The translations under genes were made by a program, and so were the position numbers. Positions 23,951 to 28,652 of a stretch of 28,652 bases of DNA are shown piece after piece. The notes under the pieces are model-generated. The model was not told the DNA's origin. It saw only the letters and a program-made list of their open reading frames with translations, and ran no database searches. The stretch's first letter is position 1; each line of letters begins with the position of its first letter. The stretch is from a virus (taxonomy: Duplodnaviria > Caudoviricetes), in the IMG/VR virus record IMGVR_UViG_3300034116_000503, positions 1 to 28,652 of that record; one strand, given 5' to 3'.

Positions 23951-24248
23951 CTTCCTCGTTTAGCCATTCGGGTAAATTCTTCTTTGAAACAGAAACGTCC
24001 ATTGTTTGCTTTGCTTTGCCGTATGCTCGGTCTAAAAGCACCTCCGCTGCCCTCACATCGCCTTTACTAGCTTTCGCCCTTAACGCCTTTAAAATCGCCT
24101 CACCTGCCGTTATGCCGTCCTTTTCTTCGCCAAGCACATCAGCCAATAGTTTATCCAATTCGGGTAGCTTTTTAGGTCTGCCGTTTGGGTTTCCGCTTTC
24201 GCCTTTTTTGAAAGGCTTTAGGTTTTCTTTGTTCGGGTTTTTATTCAT
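23940..24248 (-). CDS. terS: Terminase small subunit
   Basis: NLKPFKKGESGNPNGRPK and GDVRAAEVLLDRAYGK; immediately upstream of TerL. Confidence 0.85.
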   Translation of the reverse strand: MNKNPNKENLKPFKKGESGNPNGRPKKLPELDKLLADVLGEEKDGITAGEAILKALRAKASKGDVRAAEVLLDRAYGKAKQTMDVSVSKKNLPEWLNEEDEE

Positions 24249-24250
24249 TG

Positions 24251-25051
24251 TTAATTCTCTGTTAATCCTTTAAATGCTTTTAGCGGATAAAACACCAATG
24301 AGTTTCTATAACCGCCCTCAAATGTAGGGATAATCGGTGTAACTCCATGCACATTTCTCCACGCTGGATAAACCAAAATAGAATTATCTTGTTGTCCTAT
24401 TGTTGCATTGTAATCGGGTATATGCAAATCACCTCCTTTTGAATTATGTTTCTTGCAAATAATAACATTTACTGCTCCAATTATGTTTTTAGTATCCCTA
24501 TGGAATGGTGCTGAAATATTATAGTTTGAAATTGAACTTGTAAATAAATTTCCAAACCTCCATTTTTGTGGCACATCTTTAAATAATTCAACTTGATGTT
24601 CATATTGTGTTGGTAATAATTCTTTTATTAACTGCTCACTTTCCTTTGCAAGTAATAACATTGCTTTTATAAAAGTTTCTGATTTTTTATTTAAATGAAC
24701 ACTTGAAATTGATGGATATGGTCTTGACATATGAGGTTTTGGTGGAATACTTCCTATTATTGCACTTAATTGCTCAACTTCATTTTTGTATTTAAAGTTT
24801 CCAGTTTTTTCATCAATACCATCTCCTGTTCTTCTTGTCAATAAAGTTTTTTTTACGTTTTTACTTCTAAATTCTGCATTTGCTAAGTCTGCCAACTTGC
24901 ACATTTTTTCAGGCATTTTCGTAAGGTAAAAACCTATCGGTTCGCCATCTGCATAAAAGATACAATCTTCAGTAACATTAGGCTCAATATATTCACACGC
25001 TTCTCCAATTTTACGATTATGCTTTACTTCAATTAAATCTATACGTTTCAT
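24251..25051 (-). CDS. TET/JBP-family 2OG-Fe(II) dioxygenase
   Basis: FTSSISNYN...FHRD..N (HxD), GGDL.IPDY, HGVTPI (distal His), RNSLVFY (2OG-binding Arg). Confidence 0.88.
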   Translation of the reverse strand: MKRIDLIEVKHNRKIGEACEYIEPNVTEDCIFYADGEPIGFYLTKMPEKMCKLADLANAEFRSKNVKKTLLTRRTGDGIDEKTGNFKYKNEVEQLSAIIGSIPPKPHMSRPYPSISSVHLNKKSETFIKAMLLLAKESEQLIKELLPTQYEHQVELFKDVPQKWRFGNLFTSSISNYNISAPFHRDTKNIIGAVNVIICKKHNSKGGDLHIPDYNATIGQQDNSILVYPAWRNVHGVTPIIPTFEGGYRNSLVFYPLKAFKGLTEN

Positions 25052-25054
25052 ATA

Positions 25055-25753
25055 TTATTTATTAAATGCGAAAACATTTGTACAAGCTGGAAACCAACTT
25101 TTTTGCCAAACATCATAATCACGTGTTTTGAATTTTGCTGTATTTCCAATATCTTTCAAATCGTTGTATTGCTTTTGTTGTTTTTCAATAATTTTCCAAA
25201 ATCTCGGCAAACTATCATCAATATCGAAACTCCATTCATAAACTAATTTTTTAAATACTTTTTTTGTATTTTCTAAAATCAACATTTCAGCTCCTTCAAT
25301 ATCCATTTTGCAACAATCAAATTTTTTAGCTTCATCTTCAAAATTTAAACAAGGAACTTTTATTCCTTTGTTATTCCATTTCTTCACTATTGAATTTCTC
25401 CAAACATTGCCGTTGTTGCCAATAAATAAAATGATTTCTTTAGTGTCATTATGGACTAATGCAGCTTGTTTCACTTCTGCAGTAAATCCATTTAGTTCTA
25501 AATTCTTTTTAATCATTTCGCAATTAAAAGGGTCTGGTTCATAAACTGTAACCTTTGCACCTTTTGAACAAGCTAATAAAGTAAATGCCCCTACATTGCC
25601 ACCGCAATCCATCCAAGTTTCACCTGCTTGAATTGTCATTGATTTCTTTAAATAAACTTCATTACCTAAAACTTCATCAAATGTTTTTTTATCTGACATC
25701 CCATCTCTGTAATAAAATTTAATTCCTTTGATTTCTCCTTTGTTTAATTTCAT
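25055..25753 (-). CDS. FkbM-family SAM-dependent methyltransferase
   Basis: WMDCGGNVGAF, YEPDPFN...KKN, KMDIEGAE. Confidence 0.9.
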   Translation of the reverse strand: MKLNKGEIKGIKFYYRDGMSDKKTFDEVLGNEVYLKKSMTIQAGETWMDCGGNVGAFTLLACSKGAKVTVYEPDPFNCEMIKKNLELNGFTAEVKQAALVHNDTKEIILFIGNNGNVWRNSIVKKWNNKGIKVPCLNFEDEAKKFDCCKMDIEGAEMLILENTKKVFKKLVYEWSFDIDDSLPRFWKIIEKQQKQYNDLKDIGNTAKFKTRDYDVWQKSWFPACTNVFAFNK

Positions 25754-26322
25754 ATCTTATTTTTTTCTTCTTTAAGATATTCCATTATCATTCCACCAAC
25801 ATAACCGCCTTTGTCTCTCCAAAACTTTACAAGTGCATAAGCCTCTTCATAGTGTTCTGCTTCAAATTCAATCTGTATAGCTTTCTTAACACCATCAGTC
25901 ATTTCTTCAAGTTGCTTTGAAACATCTTCATCATCAAGAATAGAATAATCAACTGCTGGTGAAAAAGTTGGAACATCTAATCCCCAATCCCCTAACTCCT
26001 CAGCATCCCATTCGTTTGCTAACATCTCCCAATCCCATTCACCACCGCTAGTATTATCTTTGATAAGAAATTCACGTTGCTGTTCTTCGGTTAGTTTGTC
26101 AGCAACAATAACTGGTATCTCTTTCAATCCTGCTTCTACACAAGCTTTGTAGCGCATATTGCCACCAAGTATAATCATATCAGCGTTAACCACTATCGGA
26201 CGAATGTCAAGCATTTCGGGGAAGTCTTTTATTGACTGCACCAACTTTTTAAACTTGTCATCTTTAATTAATCTTGGATTGTTTGGATTTAGTTTGATTT
26301 TGCTAGTTGCTATTTTCTTCAT
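25750..26322 (-). CDS. ParB/Srx N-terminal domain protein
   Basis: IKLNPNNPR.I, RPIVV...ILGGNMRYKA, IKDN...GEWD; no methylase domain fused. Confidence 0.88.
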   Translation of the reverse strand: MKKIATSKIKLNPNNPRLIKDDKFKKLVQSIKDFPEMLDIRPIVVNADMIILGGNMRYKACVEAGLKEIPVIVADKLTEEQQREFLIKDNTSGGEWDWEMLANEWDAEELGDWGLDVPTFSPAVDYSILDDEDVSKQLEEMTDGVKKAIQIEFEAEHYEEAYALVKFWRDKGGYVGGMIMEYLKEEKNKI

Positions 26323-26334
26323 CGCTTTTGTTTT

Positions 26335-26808
26335 TTATTTTTTATCTATCTGTTCTAATTTCCTTTGTGCCCATGCAACGCCCTCATCACCACCCCACGC
26401 ATCCCACATTAAACCACCGCATCCATCTTTGTAAGGTACTTTGCTGTTTTGCCTATGCCGTTCAAATGATGCCATTCGTGCTATCGTATCTCGGCTAATT
26501 GGTTCTCTGTTCGCCAGTTGGTTTGCTCTTGCCCATCCAACTAAAGTTCCGCATCCTTTCGGGTTGCCACTTTCATCCCTATACTTCAATGCACGTTTAG
26601 CGTTCTCGGTTGCGGCTTTCGGGTAATCGTTGTACGTTTCAGCGTTTAAGATTTCTTTCTGCGCTTTTAAATCATTTGCATGGCTGTACAAACAAAGTCG
26701 GTATCTTTGCGCTTCGTCTTTGTATTCATTAACCATAACATCATCACTCATGCAACGCTGAATGAAATCGTCTTTGCTTTCGTTGGTTTTTGGTTTAGGT
26801 ATTGGCAT
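26335..26808 (-). CDS. Conserved phage protein, first gene of the late operon
   Basis: MPIPKP...E.KDDFIQRCM N-terminal module plus YNDYP.AA..NAKRAL...GT.VGW.RA.QLA...WDAWGG module; function not recognised. Confidence 0.75.
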   Translation of the reverse strand: MPIPKPKTNESKDDFIQRCMSDDVMVNEYKDEAQRYRLCLYSHANDLKAQKEILNAETYNDYPKAATENAKRALKYRDESGNPKGCGTLVGWARANQLANREPISRDTIARMASFERHRQNSKVPYKDGCGGLMWDAWGGDEGVAWAQRKLEQIDKK

Positions 26809-26812
26809 GGGT

Positions 26813-26820
26813 CAAAAATA
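26813..26820 (-). promoter_or_regulatory. -7 promoter box 4 nt before ATG
   Basis: TATTTTTG-ACCC-ATG. Confidence 0.65.
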
Positions 26821-26858
26821 GTAATTAATTTTATTTCTGTTAGCTTAATCATTCATTA

Positions 26859-26874
26859 ACCGCAAAAGTGCGGT
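26859..26874 (-). terminator. Short hairpin between replication and late operons
   Basis: ACCGCA-CTTT-TGCGGT; poor U-tract. Confidence 0.35.
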
Positions 26875-26889
26875 GTATTGCACATTATG

Positions 26890-27129
26890 TCATTCTTCTT
26901 CGGGTTCAGATACTTCTTCTTGTTCTAATTCACTAATAAAGTCCATTTCATAAACTTGGATCAGTTTCACCCCATCTTCTATTTCGTCAAAGGTCAATAG
27001 CTGTGGCAATTTCAAATCTCGTATTTTTCTGAGCGCATCTTTGTACGTTGGTGCATACACCACAATGTTAGTGCCTTCAAAGTTTTTATAATCTAATACT
27101 TGAAAAGTCCATTGATATAGCTGGTCCAT
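26890..27129 (-). CDS. Hypothetical acidic protein
   Basis: 79 aa, TAATG overlap with the exonuclease stop. Confidence 0.7.
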   Translation of the reverse strand: MDQLYQWTFQVLDYKNFEGTNIVVYAPTYKDALRKIRDLKLPQLLTFDEIEDGVKLIQVYEMDFISELEQEEVSEPEEE

Positions 27130-28079
27130 TATTTATCATTTATCGATTTGAACATAATGTTTTCGAGCATCCGAATGTAACTACGGTTGGATATTTTATA
27201 AAACTTGCGGCACGAATTACATTTCATGTGGCGTTTGATGTAACCCATTGCCGTTGCATCGGTGTGAGATAGTTGCACGTTGTCACTCGCACATTCTGGA
27301 CAATGCCACTTTTCACCGCCTTTCAAAACTGCCATGTTCGTGTTGTGGTAAATGTACGGTGACATAACCATATAAACATCCTCTAAAACTGCCACATCTT
27401 GAACGCAGTAGTCAACCATCTTTTTTAGTGAAGCCTTATTTTTATGTTCGCAAATGTCAATCCACAACTTCATGCCCTCATGGTCAAGTTTGCGCCCTAC
27501 ATTCAACACCTTACCGAGATAGTCAAGTTTATTACTAGCGAAGCGAAAGTATTGGCGTGACTTCTTTAGCGTGTCAAGTGTGCGATAAATAGGAAACATT
27601 AAATTGCCAGTTAATATTGCCCTTGTGCGAAGTTCTTTGATGTCAAATTTATCACCGTTGTGCGCCACTATCTCATCAGCGTGTTTAATTACTTGGATAA
27701 AGTCTTTTACTAGCTTGGTATCATCTTGGTTTTCATCCCACTTTAGAACGTGAACTTTGTCTTCATACTGCCATTTGTAGGCTATGCAGATAATTTTCTT
27801 TTGCCTTAAAATGTTATCGGGATTAATGTTGACTTTCCAAAATTGAAATGTAGGCACAATGTAATAACTTGTTTCGATGTCAAAGAACAGCCTTTTGATT
27901 TCGCTATTTTGTTTTTTAAGGTTTGCCTTATTTATAAACCTGCTGACCTCTCTTCTAAAACTTTCTGGTTTAACGTCTATCTTAAACTTCTTGAAAATCT
28001 CATCCGCAATTTGAGTAATGTTTTGGGTGCTTTCATACCTTACTCGAATATACTCTTGGATTTCTTTAGTTAGAACCAT
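27129..28079 (-). CDS. DnaQ/RNase H-like 3'-5' exonuclease with C-terminal Zn finger
   Basis: FFDIET, AHNGDKFD, LDTLK, SNKLDYL, YCVQDV; CPEC...CNSC. Confidence 0.88.
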   Translation of the reverse strand: MVLTKEIQEYIRVRYESTQNITQIADEIFKKFKIDVKPESFRREVSRFINKANLKKQNSEIKRLFFDIETSYYIVPTFQFWKVNINPDNILRQKKIICIAYKWQYEDKVHVLKWDENQDDTKLVKDFIQVIKHADEIVAHNGDKFDIKELRTRAILTGNLMFPIYRTLDTLKKSRQYFRFASNKLDYLGKVLNVGRKLDHEGMKLWIDICEHKNKASLKKMVDYCVQDVAVLEDVYMVMSPYIYHNTNMAVLKGGEKWHCPECASDNVQLSHTDATAMGYIKRHMKCNSCRKFYKISNRSYIRMLENIMFKSINDK

Positions 28080-28121
28080 AGTTTGTTTATTTAATTGTGG
28101 CGAATTTACCGTAATTAATTG

Positions 28122-28358
28122 TCATAATGCTTTATTTACGTATGCTTTAAATCCTAAATCATTCAACTGCTTTATTCGGTACTCCTGTAAAGGTTTCAAA
28201 GTGTCGGTCTTTTCTTTGCACTCAATAAATATAGCCTCACCGTCTTTCAAACATAATAAATCTGGAATTCCGTTTTTTGATGTCCTAATTAAATTAATCA
28301 CAAAGTAACCTTTTGCCTCCATTTCTTTTATGACTTTGGTTTGGTGCTTACTTGCCAT
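28122..28358 (-). CDS. VRR-NUC domain nuclease
   Basis: GIPDLL......FIECK......LQEYR PD-(D/E)xK pattern; next to the helicase. Confidence 0.88.
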   Translation of the reverse strand: MASKHQTKVIKEMEAKGYFVINLIRTSKNGIPDLLCLKDGEAIFIECKEKTDTLKPLQEYRIKQLNDLGFKAYVNKAL

Positions 28359-28652
28359 TTCTTAAATGTTTGTAGGACAAAGTCCTTTTTTTTAGATACT
28401 GCTTTATAAATCTGCCACTCAATCCCATCTTTAGCAAACACCCAAAATATATCACTTTGCTTTCGGTTTATAGTTGTCATTCTATCTCTCGATTGCCAGT
28501 AGCTAATCGCACTAAAATCAATATTGTAATAAACTAAAGCCTCCGCACTTGACAAATTAATGCCTTCACGTCCACTTATTATTTGCAAAGCTATGGTTTT
28601 ATTTGAATTATTGAACTCCTCGATGTTGTCGGTAACGTCAAAGTGCTTCTTG
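28328..28652 (-). CDS. SNF2-like helicase, C-terminal part (starts outside window)
   Basis: SGREGINLS.A, YWQSRDR and IE.QIY helicase-C motifs; frame open to the window end. Confidence 0.85.
   Translation of the reverse strand, partial: KKHFDVTDNIEEFNNSNKTIALQIISGREGINLSSAEALVYYNIDFSAISYWQSRDRMTTINRKQSDIFWVFAKDGIEWQIYKAVSKKKDFVLQTFKKWQVSTKPKS

Noticed and set aside
28386-28393. A_AAA_AAG in the helicase 3' end
   Set aside because: The -1 frame stops after a few codons (GLCPTNI*) and joins nothing.
1-28652. tRNA, intron/intein, DGR or integrase
   Set aside because: Intergenic gaps are too short or lack cloverleaf motifs; TerL and other core genes have normal lengths; no reverse transcriptase, template/variable repeat pair or site-specific recombinase seen.

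Overview
About 28.6 kb of a tailed dsDNA phage (siphovirus-like), almost entirely coded on the minus strand. A Bacteroidota host is inferred from TAnnTTTG promoters, the lack of Shine-Dalgarno sites and the protein types. Read right to left, it contains: SNF2-type helicase end, VRR-NUC nuclease and DnaQ/RNaseH-like exonuclease; a late operon of ParB, FkbM-type methyltransferase, TET/JBP dioxygenase, TerS and TerL; tail chaperone and neck genes; tail-tip genes and tape measure; a small divergent two-gene cassette; Clp protease/scaffold, major capsid and major tail; a three-glycosyltransferase cluster; portal, adaptor and tail fibre; holin, M15 endolysin and spanin-like pair; and short early genes ending in SSB-like and ERF genes. 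Highlights: (1) three genes (TerL, tail chaperone, GT25 glycosyltransferase) become complete only via a -1 shift at the only >=9-nt homopolymer runs I found in coding sequence, and the GT25 case hides a dual-coded N-terminus missed by the ORF track; (2) a packaging-linked TET/JBP + FkbM module plus three glycosyltransferases; (3) late modules appear leaderless (TAnnTTTG-N4-ATG) while early genes share (AACCA)n leaders. All calls come from reading motifs by eye, without database searches.
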